Shown here in pieces: positions 1-9,035 of a DNA stretch of 64,000 bases. A model generated the notes under the pieces. The model saw only the letters and a program-made list of their open reading frames with translations, did not search any database and had not been told where the DNA came from. Positions within the stretch are counted from its first letter, which is position 1. Every line of letters begins with the position of its first letter. Both the position numbers and the translations under genes were made by a program. The stretch is from Gammaproteobacteria bacterium (GTDB taxonomy: Bacteria; Pseudomonadota; Gammaproteobacteria; Steroidobacterales; Steroidobacteraceae): contig JANYHD010000039.1 of assembly GCA_025359205.1 (NCBI GenBank), forward strand, positions 80,292 to 144,291. The letters are read 5' to 3'.

Positions 1-2
1 CG

Positions 3-305
3 ATGGAACACGGGCTGGTGTGCTGGAAATGCGGCGGGGATCTCGCAGCGCTCACGCTGCCGCTGTCGCGGCTTGATGAATGCTCACGCTGCCGCGCCGA
101 GCTGCACGTGTGCCGGATGTGCGTGGAATATGACACGGCAGTCGCCAAGCATTGTCGCGAACCTACTGCGGAAGAGGTCAGCGACAAGCAGCAAGCGAAC
201 TTTTGCGACTTCTTCCGGCCTCGCCCCAAGGCCTGGGTGCCGCCCGACACGGCCGCTGTCGACAGCGCACGCGCCGAGCTCGAGCGGCTGTTCGGAAAGC
301 GCTAG
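3..305 (+). CDS. small Cys-rich zinc-ribbon protein (conserved hypothetical)
   Basis: 100-aa ORF with ATG at nt 3. It carries paired CxxC motifs (CWKCGG, CSRCRAE, CRMC) typical of zinc ribbons, and GC3-rich codon usage. The true start could lie upstream of the window. Confidence 0.5.
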   Translation: MEHGLVCWKCGGDLAALTLPLSRLDECSRCRAELHVCRMCVEYDTAVAKHCREPTAEEVSDKQQANFCDFFRPRPKAWVPPDTAAVDSARAELERLFGKR

Positions 306-320
306 GCGCCGACGCGCGCT

Positions 321-710
321 CTAGCTGTTGCCGAGGCGCTCGGCGAGGCGGTTGATCAGCCGGCCAAAGCGCGAGCCACTGGGTGTCACGGCCGTCTTGC
401 GTTCACGGCGCGAGGCGTCGTTGATCAGTTCGCCGCGACCGTTGTCCACCTGCAGTTCGCCGGCGCCGAGGATTTCCAACGTCTCCTCCAGCGACAACGG
501 CCGATTGTGCGTCGGGCGCTTGCTGACGGGCCGTGTGCCCTGCGCAACACGCAGCTTGGCGCGCTTGCCGCCGGGCGATGCGCGGTTCGACACGCCCACC
601 GCATCCATCGCAGCCCGCACCGCCGGCGTAATTTCCGGCTTCGCGCCCAGGACGTCATCAGGCAACTGCAGCGCCGGGCGGCTGCCGCTGGTCGCGGTGT
701 CGGTCGGCAC
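321..710 (-). CDS. hypothetical protein, or displaced C-terminal part of the upstream SPOR-like gene
   Basis: Protein-like reading frame with native codon usage (..PTDTATSGSRPALQLPDDVLGAKPEITPAVRAAMDAVGV..LSLEETLEILGAGELQVDNGRGELINDA..RLINRLAERLGNS). The only nearby start is a GTG at 710, 5 nt after the stop of the upstream gene, with no clear SD. The same frame stays open upstream to 1112, inside the SPOR gene. Confidence 0.35.
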   Translation of the reverse strand: MPTDTATSGSRPALQLPDDVLGAKPEITPAVRAAMDAVGVSNRASPGGKRAKLRVAQGTRPVSKRPTHNRPLSLEETLEILGAGELQVDNGRGELINDASRRERKTAVTPSGSRFGRLINRLAERLGNS

Positions 711-714
711 GTCT

Positions 715-1917
715 TCAATGAAATTCAGTTCCGGACCAGTGCGCTTGGCCGAAGATATCGCGGGCAGCGGCTTCGCAGTCGCGGCACCGGCGCGCGCGCT
801 CGCGCACGCTGACCGGCACGACGGAAACCGAGGTGAATTCGGAGCGCACGTAGTGCGCCACCTGCTTGGCCGAGACGGCATCGGTGAAGAAGCCGAGCCG
901 CAGGCCGTACCAGCGCCGGCCATCGCGGTTGCCTTCCGCGCCGTAGAGCGTGTAGGCGCTGAAAATGGCGAGCTGCGGCACCTTGCCCATGTCGATCGGC
1001 TGCACCGACCAGAGCAGCTGCACCGCGAACAATGCGGGTTCCGCGCGCGGCGGCGCGGATACTGCCGAAGGCGCCGACCGCGCCGGCACCGGCGGCTGCG
1101 GCCGCGTGGCAACCGCCTTCGGCGGTGCGGGCGGCGCTATCCGCGCAGCGGTTGCAGGCCGCGCGGATTCGAGCAGTCGCAGCAGGGCCGCGCCCTCGAG
1201 CGCCGCTGCGCCTGCGGTAGCGGCTGGCTGTGTGGACTGTGCAGGCGGCGCGTCGCCGAGTGAATCGATGGTCGCACGCACCTGATTCAACGAGCGCGTG
1301 GCGCCGTCGTTGGCGGCTTCGAGTTCGGGTATGGGCGCGGGTATGGCGCGCGGCCGATCGGGAACGAGTTCCAGCTTGACTGTAGCAACAGCCACAATCG
1401 GCGCCGGCGCCGCTGCGGCCTGCGGCGCTGCATACAGCACCGGCGGCTGCCGTGTCGCCACCCCCGCGGGTGCCATTTCAGGCTCCGCCACGGCGGCGGT
1501 TGAATTTGCTGCCGGAGCATTTCCAGCTGCGGTACCGGTAGCCGCGAGCTCAGTCGCCGCAACATCCGCAGCCGCATCGTCGGACGCCGCGGCGCGTGCC
1601 CGCAGCTTGATGCCTGGCGCCGCGCCCGCCCAGGCAGCGGGGTATACGTCGCGCACCAGGTCGAGAATCTTCTCGGCCTCTTCCTGGGTTTCGAAATAGC
1701 CCATGTGCAGGCGGAAGCGCTCGCGTCCCTCTTCGAGCCGACGCGAGACAAAGAACGTGAATCGCTTGAGGCCGGCATGGCTCGGCTGCACCAGGCCGAC
1801 CGGCGTAGTCGAGGCGCAAAGATTGATGACGAAGCGGGGGGCAGCGGCGGCAGGCGGCAAGATATTGCCGTTGGCGGAGACGACAACTCTACCGATCGAA
1901 CTGCTGGCCTGCTGCAT
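715..1917 (-). CDS. SPOR-like domain protein (two SPOR-like modules separated by an Ala/Pro-rich linker)
   Basis: 400-aa ORF. Module 1 reads RFTFFVSRRLEEGRERFRLHMGYFETQEEAEKILDLVRDVYPAAW. Module 2 reads FAVQLLWSVQPID..RRWYGLRLGFFTDAVSAKQVAHYVRSEF. A long low-complexity A/P linker separates them. The last ~30 aa (RRCRDCEAAARDIFGQAHWSGTEFH) look non-native (see finding). Confidence 0.6.
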   Translation of the reverse strand: MQQASSSIGRVVVSANGNILPPAAAAPRFVINLCASTTPVGLVQPSHAGLKRFTFFVSRRLEEGRERFRLHMGYFETQEEAEKILDLVRDVYPAAWAGAAPGIKLRARAAASDDAAADVAATELAATGTAAGNAPAANSTAAVAEPEMAPAGVATRQPPVLYAAPQAAAAPAPIVAVATVKLELVPDRPRAIPAPIPELEAANDGATRSLNQVRATIDSLGDAPPAQSTQPAATAGAAALEGAALLRLLESARPATAARIAPPAPPKAVATRPQPPVPARSAPSAVSAPPRAEPALFAVQLLWSVQPIDMGKVPQLAIFSAYTLYGAEGNRDGRRWYGLRLGFFTDAVSAKQVAHYVRSEFTSVSVVPVSVRERARRCRDCEAAARDIFGQAHWSGTEFH

Positions 1918-2193
1918 TCAATGATCCCCGCTGCGCTGCTGAATACCCGATTCTGCAACCGGTCGCGCGGGGGTCGACACTCGGCCTTGAAGCCGGGTGG
2001 CAACCCCGCTATCCCCGCTACAAATCAGGGGACCGGAAGCTTTGCGTCCCTGTCTTACAACAGGTATGCCAATCGATGAACGTGACGAAGTTTGGCACGG
2101 TGACGCTGTAGGTCAAGCCTGGGGTTGGAGAGCCAGTTCACAACTGCTGCAAGCCGGTGAACCCGGTCACAGTTCTGTCAAATTCGCTTAAGT

Positions 2194-4986
2194 TCAACCC
2201 GTCGCGCGCCAGTTGCCGCTCACTGCGAGGCTGCGTCCCTCGAGCAGCGCGGTGATGTCGGCTGCGGCGGCAGGACGCGCGAAATAGAAGCCCTGTGCGT
2301 AGTCGCAGTGGCGTGCGCGCAGGAACTCCAGCTGTTCCATCGTCTCGACGCCCTCGGCCACCACGTGCTTGCCGAGCGCATGCGCCATGGTAATCATGGT
2401 TTCGGCCAGCGTCGCCGCGGTGACGTTGTGGGCCACGTCCTCGATGAAGGAGCGATCGATCTTGATGGCCTGCACCGGGTGCGCGCGCAGGTAACCGAGC
2501 GAGGAATAGCCCGTGCCGAAATCGTCGAGCGACAGGTGCACGCCGAGCGAGGCCAGCCGGCGCAGCGTCGCCAGCGCCTCCTCGTCGGCGAACACCGATT
2601 CGGTGAGTTCGAATTCCAGCTTGTCTGGCGCTACGCCGGCCCGTTCGAGCGCACGCCGCACCAGCTTCGGAAAATCAGTCTGGCGCAGCTGGTGCACCGA
2701 CACGTTGAGCGCCAGCCGCGGCGGTGCGATGCCCGCCGCGGTCCATTCGGCCATCTGCGTGCAGGCAGCCTCCAGCACCCAGGCGCCGATGTCGACGATC
2801 AGCCCGCTTTGCTCGGCTGCCGGCACGAACTGGCTGGGGTAGCGCATGGCTTCCCGCGGCGGCTGCCAGCGCAGCAGCGCCTCGAGCCCGGAGAGCCGGC
2901 CATCGGCGAGCGCGTACTGCGGCTGATAGTAGAGCGAGAATTCGCGTCGCTGCAGCGCGTTGTACAGGCCGCTCTCCGCCGCCAGGGCCGGCATGCGCTG
3001 CATCGCGCGGTTGTAGAACACCGCGCGCGAACGCCCGTCTTCCTTGGCGCGGTACATGGCGAGGTCGGCGTTGCGCATCAGCTCGTCGAGCGCGCTGCCA
3101 TCGTCCGGAAACAGCGTGATGCCGATGCTGGCGCGCACGTAGTGGTCGCGCCCGCCGATGTTGACTGCTTCCTGCAGCACTTCGATCACGCGCGCCGCGA
3201 CTCGCTGCGCGCTTTCAGCCGTGCCGACGCTGCGCAGGATGATCGTGAATTCATCGCCGCCGAGCCGCGCCACGGTGTCGCCTTCCTTGACGCAGGCGCG
3301 CAGGCGCTGTGCGACGATCTGCAGCATCTGATCGCCGGCACTGTGGCCAACTGTGTCGTTGACCTTCTTGAAGTGATCCAGATCAACGTACAGCAGCGCG
3401 CCACGCTGGCGGCCGTCCGCGGCGCTGGCCAGCTCCTGCGACAGCCGGTCGCGGAACAGCAGCCGGTTCGGCAGCGCGGTGAGTGGATCGAAGTGGGCCT
3501 GTCGGTAGAGCTGCTCGCCGCGCGCGCTGTTGGAGAGCGCAACGCCGATGCGGGCGGCGCATTCGGTACCGTAGCCGGCCACTTCGGCCGCGACCTGCGG
3601 CACGTCGCGATACCCTACGGCCAGCACGGCCACCAGCTTGTCCTGCGAGATCACCGGCCAGAGCCAGAAGAATTCCGCGCCCTGCGCACGCAGCGGCTCC
3701 AGCACGCTGTGCCTGCCCGGCTCGAAGCGACCAACCGTGAGGCCTGAATGCTCCTGGCACAACTGCGAGAGCAACAGCGGATCGAGGCTGATACGGCTCA
3801 CCGGGGCGTGCCCGCCTGCGGCTGCCAGGTAGGCGCGGCCGTAGTCGGTGGCGTCCGGATCGAGCAGCGCCAGCATCGCGGCATCGCACCCGGTGATCTT
3901 GCAGATGCGCTCGAGCAGCGGATCCAGGCAGGACTCAAGCTCGGCCGATTCGAGCAGCATGCGGTCGATGTCATTCAGGCTGGCCAGCGCGCGCATCTTG
4001 TCTTCGAGCACGCCGACGGTGCGGTTGAAGGCCAGCGCCACTTCGCGCGGGGCGTCGCGCGCCTCGCCCAGCGGCACGCGCTGGTAGCGACCCTCGGCGA
4101 GCGCAGCGCAGGCCGCGCGCAGGTCCTGCAGTACCGGTTCCCAGTGCGGACGCAGCCAGGAGCACAGCAGGAGAATGAGCAGCGCCGCGAGCAGGGCCGG
4201 CACCGGCAGCAGCGCGCCCGCTTGCGCCCAGTAATCCCACGACGAGGGCATCGGCACGCTCGCGATCACGGTCCAGCGGCCTGCCGACAGGTGCGCCTCT
4301 TCCGGCAGCACCGTCAGCACCGCGCCGCGCCATTCGTGCCGCGCCACGCTCCACGAGCGCAGCTCTGCTGTCGCCTGGGCCTCGGTCGCGCTGGCGTGTT
4401 CGCGCGCAAACATCGACAGCAGGTCGCCAGGCAAATCGTCGCTGGCGCGCAGCAGCGTGCCGCTCCCGTCGAGTACCGCGTAGACTGCCGGCTGCGGCAC
4501 GGCATCGTCGTGGCCCTGCCAGAGCCAGTCCGCACTCAGCTCGAAGTACGCGGTTGCCGTGCCGCCGGCAGCGCGCACGGCGTGCACCAGGTAGATCGGC
4601 GCGCTGTTGCCGTGGCGCGCCCGCGCGCGCAGCAGCGTCTGTCCAGCGCTGAGCGCCAGCGCATCGGCCGCGTAGATCGGCACCGGGCCCGCTGCCTTGC
4701 CCGCAACCGTGACCACTACGCCGCGGAACATGTCGGAACGGAGGATGCGCGCGCGCAACTGCGCGCCGCCGGAACCCGCGTCGTCGCTGGTCACCGTCTG
4801 CACCACGAGTTCGCCGGCAGCCAGCCGCGTGCGCAGCTCGCGCGTGTAACTGCGGCCCAGCACGGTTGCGGCGCTCACGGCCGAGCGCTCGTCCGCCTCG
4901 CGCAGCGCGTGCCCCGCGCCCAGCGCAAGTACCAGCAGCAGCGCAGCCGCCAGCAGCGCCATCGCCACACTCAGGCGCCGGCTCAT
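2194..4986 (-). CDS. membrane sensor diguanylate cyclase/phosphodiesterase (periplasmic domain-HAMP-GAF-like-GGDEF-EAL)
   Basis: Intact RLGGDEFTIIL (GGDEF) and LEALLRW / ELTES / DDFGTGYSSL / KIDRSF (EAL) motifs. Start placed at MSRRLSVAMALLAAALLLVLAL (signal anchor), though the ORF is open to 5052. Confidence 0.9.
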   Translation of the reverse strand: MSRRLSVAMALLAAALLLVLALGAGHALREADERSAVSAATVLGRSYTRELRTRLAAGELVVQTVTSDDAGSGGAQLRARILRSDMFRGVVVTVAGKAAGPVPIYAADALALSAGQTLLRARARHGNSAPIYLVHAVRAAGGTATAYFELSADWLWQGHDDAVPQPAVYAVLDGSGTLLRASDDLPGDLLSMFAREHASATEAQATAELRSWSVARHEWRGAVLTVLPEEAHLSAGRWTVIASVPMPSSWDYWAQAGALLPVPALLAALLILLLCSWLRPHWEPVLQDLRAACAALAEGRYQRVPLGEARDAPREVALAFNRTVGVLEDKMRALASLNDIDRMLLESAELESCLDPLLERICKITGCDAAMLALLDPDATDYGRAYLAAAGGHAPVSRISLDPLLLSQLCQEHSGLTVGRFEPGRHSVLEPLRAQGAEFFWLWPVISQDKLVAVLAVGYRDVPQVAAEVAGYGTECAARIGVALSNSARGEQLYRQAHFDPLTALPNRLLFRDRLSQELASAADGRQRGALLYVDLDHFKKVNDTVGHSAGDQMLQIVAQRLRACVKEGDTVARLGGDEFTIILRSVGTAESAQRVAARVIEVLQEAVNIGGRDHYVRASIGITLFPDDGSALDELMRNADLAMYRAKEDGRSRAVFYNRAMQRMPALAAESGLYNALQRREFSLYYQPQYALADGRLSGLEALLRWQPPREAMRYPSQFVPAAEQSGLIVDIGAWVLEAACTQMAEWTAAGIAPPRLALNVSVHQLRQTDFPKLVRRALERAGVAPDKLEFELTESVFADEEALATLRRLASLGVHLSLDDFGTGYSSLGYLRAHPVQAIKIDRSFIEDVAHNVTAATLAETMITMAHALGKHVVAEGVETMEQLEFLRARHCDYAQGFYFARPAAAADITALLEGRSLAVSGNWRATG

Positions 4987-5129
4987 CGAGAGTGGGAAAA
5001 TACCGCGGGGAATCGGCATGTATTGGCAGCGGGCTGGAATACTTGAGCCCATTTAACGATAGCCCGGCGGGTGCCAATGCGCGCCAGATCACGCTTACAT
5101 CAATTATGTCCCGCTGTTTGCGATGCGCG

Positions 5130-5825
5130 TCACAGTCGCGGCTTCGGCGGTGCGGTTTGCGCCATGGCCCGCAGCGAGCGCCCGCTGTAGCGCTGTACGC
5201 CGAGCCGGCCCGAACGCGCCGCGGCCCGCATCGCCGCGGCGACGTTGCCTGCGCTGATGGCCCGCCAGCGCTCCATGCGGCCGAGCAGCAGCGGATTGAC
5301 CAGCGGCATGAACACGCGCCCGAGCGTCTCGGCCATACGCCACTGCCGGCGCTGCCCGAGCAGGAGCGAGGGCTGCATCAGGTGCAACGAGCGGAGGCGC
5401 AGGGCTTCCAGGGCCAGCTCGGTCTCGCCCTTGACCTTGAGATAGAAATTGCGCGCCTCCGGCGCGGCTCCGGCCGCGGACACGACCACCAGCGTCTTGG
5501 CGCCAGCAACCTGCGCGAAGCGCGCGAAGCGCAATATCAGGTCATGGTCGACGGCGCGAAACGCCTGCTGCGAGCCTGCCTGGCGCAGCGTCGTACCGAG
5601 GCAGCAGTAAGCATCGTCACAGGCAAGGCCACGCAAGTCATTTTCGAGGTTCTCGAACCGGAGGATGCGGTTCACCAGTCGCGGCGACTCGATCGGCAGT
5701 GGCCTGCGGCTCAGCGCGATCACGCGCCGGTAGTCGCCGCTTGCGACCAGCACGCGCACCAGCTCGGCGCCGACCATGCCGCTCGCGCCCGCCACCAATG
5801 CCACCGGACCGCCTTCTGTCTGCAT
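5130..5825 (-). CDS. NAD(P)-binding Rossmann-fold protein (atypical SDR / NmrA-HTATIP2-like)
   Basis: N-terminal VALVAGASGMVGAELVRVL glycine-rich dinucleotide-binding motif; 231 aa. Confidence 0.75.
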   Translation of the reverse strand: MQTEGGPVALVAGASGMVGAELVRVLVASGDYRRVIALSRRPLPIESPRLVNRILRFENLENDLRGLACDDAYCCLGTTLRQAGSQQAFRAVDHDLILRFARFAQVAGAKTLVVVSAAGAAPEARNFYLKVKGETELALEALRLRSLHLMQPSLLLGQRRQWRMAETLGRVFMPLVNPLLLGRMERWRAISAGNVAAAMRAAARSGRLGVQRYSGRSLRAMAQTAPPKPRL

Positions 5826-5856
5826 GGGGATGGAGCTTAACCCGTGCGGCGCCCGC

Positions 5857-6921
5857 CTACAGCAGCAGATCCATCTGCCCGCTGCCCTGCGGGCGGCAAA
5901 AGCGGCTCAGGTCGAGATCCGGTTCGCGCGAGCCATCGAGGCCGAGCCGCGTGCGCGCCAGCTCGAAGCGCGCGCGCAGCATGGCGGCCCACGGACCTGC
6001 GCCCCGCATCCGATGGCCGAAGCGCGGGTCGTTGTCACGCCCGCCCCGTGCCTGTTGCACCAGCGACATCACGTGCGCCGCGCGCAGCGGCAGGTGCTGC
6101 TGGAGCCAGGCGCGGAACAGGTCTTTCACCTCGTGCGGCAGCCGCAGCAGCACGTAACCAGCGCGGGTCGCGCCGGCGGTGGCAGCGGCTTCGAGGAGCG
6201 ACTCGAGCTCGGCATCATTGACCGCGGGAATCATCGGCGCGGTCAGGACACCGACTGGCACGCCCGCCTGAGCCAACGCCGCGATCACCCGTAGCCGCGC
6301 CTGCGGCGAGGCGGCACGCGGCTCGAGTGTGCGCTTAAGCTCCGGGTCGAGTGTCGTCAGGCTGACGGTGACGCGCACCAGGTTGAGGCGGGCCAGGTCC
6401 TGCAGCAGGTCCAGGTCGCGCAGCACCATGGCGCCCTTGGTGATGATGGTCACCGGATGGCGCGCCTGCCAAAGCACTTCGAGGATATCGCGCGTTACCC
6501 GCAACTGTTTCTCCACCGGCTGGTACGGATCGGTATTGGCGCCGAGCATGATCGGTTGCGGCCGGTATGCGGGACGCGCGAGTTCGGCGCGCAGCAGCCG
6601 CGCGGCGTCCGCCTTGTAGAACAGGCGGGTCTCGAAATCGATGCCGGGCGACAGGCCGACATAGGCGTGGCTGGGCCGCGCATAGCAGTAGACACAGCCG
6701 TGCTCGCAGCCGCGGTAGGGATTAATCGACTGCGCAAACGGGATGTCGGGCGAGTCGTTGTGCGAGATCAGCGTGCGCGCGGCCTCGGGCCGCACTTCGG
6801 TGGCGATGGAATCGGGAGTGGCCTCCTGGTACCAGCCATCGTCCACGGCCTGCTGCCTGGTGCTGGCAAAACGCCCCGCCGGATTGATCGTGGCGCCCCG
6901 CCCTTTCAGTACGCCTGCCAT
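5857..6921 (-). CDS. radical SAM protein (PA0069-like family)
   Basis: CEHGCVYC (CxxxCxxC) cluster motif after an MAGVLKGRGATINPAGRF N-terminus typical of this family; 354 aa. Confidence 0.85.
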   Translation of the reverse strand: MAGVLKGRGATINPAGRFASTRQQAVDDGWYQEATPDSIATEVRPEAARTLISHNDSPDIPFAQSINPYRGCEHGCVYCYARPSHAYVGLSPGIDFETRLFYKADAARLLRAELARPAYRPQPIMLGANTDPYQPVEKQLRVTRDILEVLWQARHPVTIITKGAMVLRDLDLLQDLARLNLVRVTVSLTTLDPELKRTLEPRAASPQARLRVIAALAQAGVPVGVLTAPMIPAVNDAELESLLEAAATAGATRAGYVLLRLPHEVKDLFRAWLQQHLPLRAAHVMSLVQQARGGRDNDPRFGHRMRGAGPWAAMLRARFELARTRLGLDGSREPDLDLSRFCRPQGSGQMDLLL

Positions 6922-6946
6922 GCGCGTACTGTACGGATATACAGTC

Positions 6947-8131
6947 CTAACGCAAGTGCCGCAATTTGCGCAGACCCGGAAACAGCAGCGCCCAGCTGCC
7001 GGCCACCAGCAGCGTCAGCACGCCCCCGATGACCACCGACGGCACCGTGCCTAGCCACTTCGCCGTCAGGCCCGACTCGAATTCGCCCAGCTCGTTGGAC
7101 GCGCCGATAAACATCGAGGTCACTGCGCTCACGCGCCCGCGCAGCTCGTCGGGCGTGGCCAGTGGCACCAGTATGCCGCGCACGTACATGCTGACCATGT
7201 CACCGCTCCCGCTCAGCAACAGCGCGAGCAAGGACAGCGTCATGCTGCGTGACAACCCGAAGACAATCATGCACATGCCGAACACGGCCACACCCCCCAG
7301 CAATGCGCGGCCGGCGTGATCGCGCAGCGGCCGCAACGCCAGCGCCAGCGCGGCCAGTCCGGCGCCGACCCCAGGCGCTGCGCGCAACAGGCCCAGGCCC
7401 ACCGGGCCAGTGTGCAACAGGTCACGTGCGTAGATCGGCAACAGCGCCACCGCGCCGCCAAACAGCACAGCAAACAGGTCCAGTGAAATCACGCCGAGCA
7501 CGAGCGGGCTGTGGCGCACGAAGCGCAGTCCCTGCACGAAGCGCTGCGCACTGCCGATCGGCGGCGGCGCCACGGGGCGCGTATCGGCGCGGATTACGCG
7601 TATGAGCAGCAGTGCGACCCCGAACAACAGCGCGCAGGCCCCGAACACGACCGGCGCGCCGGCCAGGTACAGCACTCCGCCCAGCACCGGGCCCGCCGCA
7701 GCGGCGATCTGGTAGAGCACCGAATTGAGAGCCACGGTGCCAGCGAAGTCCGCGCGTGCCACGAGGCCCGGCAGCATGGATTGCATGGCCGGCGCCCAGA
7801 ACGCGCGCGCCGCGCCGAACGTGCCCACCACCAGGTAGACAGGCCAGGCCTGCCGATCACTGCCCAGGGTCAAGGCAAGCAGGGCCAGCGCGCACAGCAC
7901 CACCACCATGTAGGCGCGGCTTGCCAGCGCGCGGCGCTCCGCGTGATCGGCAGCGTGTCCGCCGACCAGCACCAGCAGCACGAACGGCAGGAACTCACTC
8001 AGACCCACGAGCCCCAGCGCCAACGGATCCCCCGTCAGCGCATACACGTACCAACCCACCGCGACGGCCTGCATCTGCCAGCCCAGCGTGGCGCAGAAGC
8101 GCGCGATCGAAAAGCAGGCGGCGTCGCTCAC
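6947..8131 (-). CDS. MFS transporter (EntS/MFS_3-like)
   Basis: About 12 hydrophobic helices and an ARFCATLGWQMQAVAVGWYVYALTGDPLALG N-terminal pattern. Start placed at GTG 8131, which forms a GTGA overlap with the stop of the upstream hydrolase. The ORF is open to 8218. Confidence 0.8.
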   Translation of the reverse strand: MSDAACFSIARFCATLGWQMQAVAVGWYVYALTGDPLALGLVGLSEFLPFVLLVLVGGHAADHAERRALASRAYMVVVLCALALLALTLGSDRQAWPVYLVVGTFGAARAFWAPAMQSMLPGLVARADFAGTVALNSVLYQIAAAAGPVLGGVLYLAGAPVVFGACALLFGVALLLIRVIRADTRPVAPPPIGSAQRFVQGLRFVRHSPLVLGVISLDLFAVLFGGAVALLPIYARDLLHTGPVGLGLLRAAPGVGAGLAALALALRPLRDHAGRALLGGVAVFGMCMIVFGLSRSMTLSLLALLLSGSGDMVSMYVRGILVPLATPDELRGRVSAVTSMFIGASNELGEFESGLTAKWLGTVPSVVIGGVLTLLVAGSWALLFPGLRKLRHLR

Positions 8132-9030
8132 GCCTGCATCGCCGCGAAACGCTGCAGCGCAATCGCCACCTGCGCGGGCTGCTCGTGCGGCAACAGGTGA
8201 CCCGCCGCGGCGATGCACTCGACGGTCATCGCGGGCATCAGCGCATGCAGGCGCGCAAGCGCATCCGCACCGATCGCACGCTGCATGTATTCCGATTCGG
8301 CCCCGTACATGAGCAGTAGCGGCGCCCGCAGCTGCGCCCAGCAGGCCTCCAGATCGGCCCGCGCGTAACGGATCGGCATCGGCAGCTGCTGGCGCGGGTC
8401 GGCAAGGATTTCGAAAGCCCCGTCGACCGCGCGCGTCCAGACACGCGCCAGGTAGCGCGCATGCGCGGGAGGCAAGCGCGGATTAGCGCGCCGCAACGCC
8501 ACGGCCAGCGACTCCAGGTCCGGATAGCGCCGCGGCGTGGGCGCTGACTTGAGCGCGTCGAGCCAAGCGGCGACCTGCCCGGGAAGCTGTGCGTGCGGGA
8601 GCTCGGGCATGCCGAAGCCCTCGAGATTCGCCAGCCACGCGACCCGCGACGCGCGCACGCCGGCATAGATCGAGGCCACCGTGCCACCCATACTGTGGCC
8701 GATGAGCCGCACGGGCAGGTCCGGCGAGAGCACGCCGGCCAGCCAGTCGAGCTCCGCCAGGTGATTGGCGAACCAGTAGCGATCAGCGCGCCGCGCGCTG
8801 CGTCCGTAGCCCGGCCAATCGACGGCTACCAGTGGCCAGTCGTCCGGCAACTGATCGACCAGCAGCTGCCAGCCGGCGCCGCAGTCCATCCAGCCGTGCA
8901 GCAGCAGGATCGGCGATGGATGCGGCGGTCCCCACTGCGTGAGCGCGATGCGCCCTTCGCGGCCGTCGAACTCGGTAAGCCGAGCCTGACGGCGCGGCAA
9001 GTATTCATCCGCTGGCCCAGCCGCATCCAT
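8128..9030 (-). CDS. alpha/beta-fold hydrolase
   Basis: LLLHGWMDCGAGW oxyanion region, intact nucleophile elbow IGHSMGG, and C-terminal AAGHLLPHEQP (His). Confidence 0.85.
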   Translation of the reverse strand: MDAAGPADEYLPRRQARLTEFDGREGRIALTQWGPPHPSPILLLHGWMDCGAGWQLLVDQLPDDWPLVAVDWPGYGRSARRADRYWFANHLAELDWLAGVLSPDLPVRLIGHSMGGTVASIYAGVRASRVAWLANLEGFGMPELPHAQLPGQVAAWLDALKSAPTPRRYPDLESLAVALRRANPRLPPAHARYLARVWTRAVDGAFEILADPRQQLPMPIRYARADLEACWAQLRAPLLLMYGAESEYMQRAIGADALARLHALMPAMTVECIAAAGHLLPHEQPAQVAIALQRFAAMQA

Positions 9031-9035
9031 AGGCT

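Noticed and set aside
1918-2193. 277-nt intergenic region and other spacers (40236-40471, 45465-45609, 50485-50684, 53385-53665, 58422-58593) inspected for tRNA, sRNA or riboswitch structure
   Set aside because: I could not recognise cloverleaf-compatible stems, conserved riboswitch cores or a strong stem-loop plus U-tract by eye. A covariance-model scan (Infernal/Rfam, tRNAscan-SE) would be needed to exclude them.
2308-5046. Two consecutive plus-strand ORFs (479 and 432 aa) antisense to the GGDEF-EAL gene
   Set aside because: No recognisable motifs and extreme Arg/His/Gln/Ala bias. The minus strand encodes intact GGDEF and EAL signatures.
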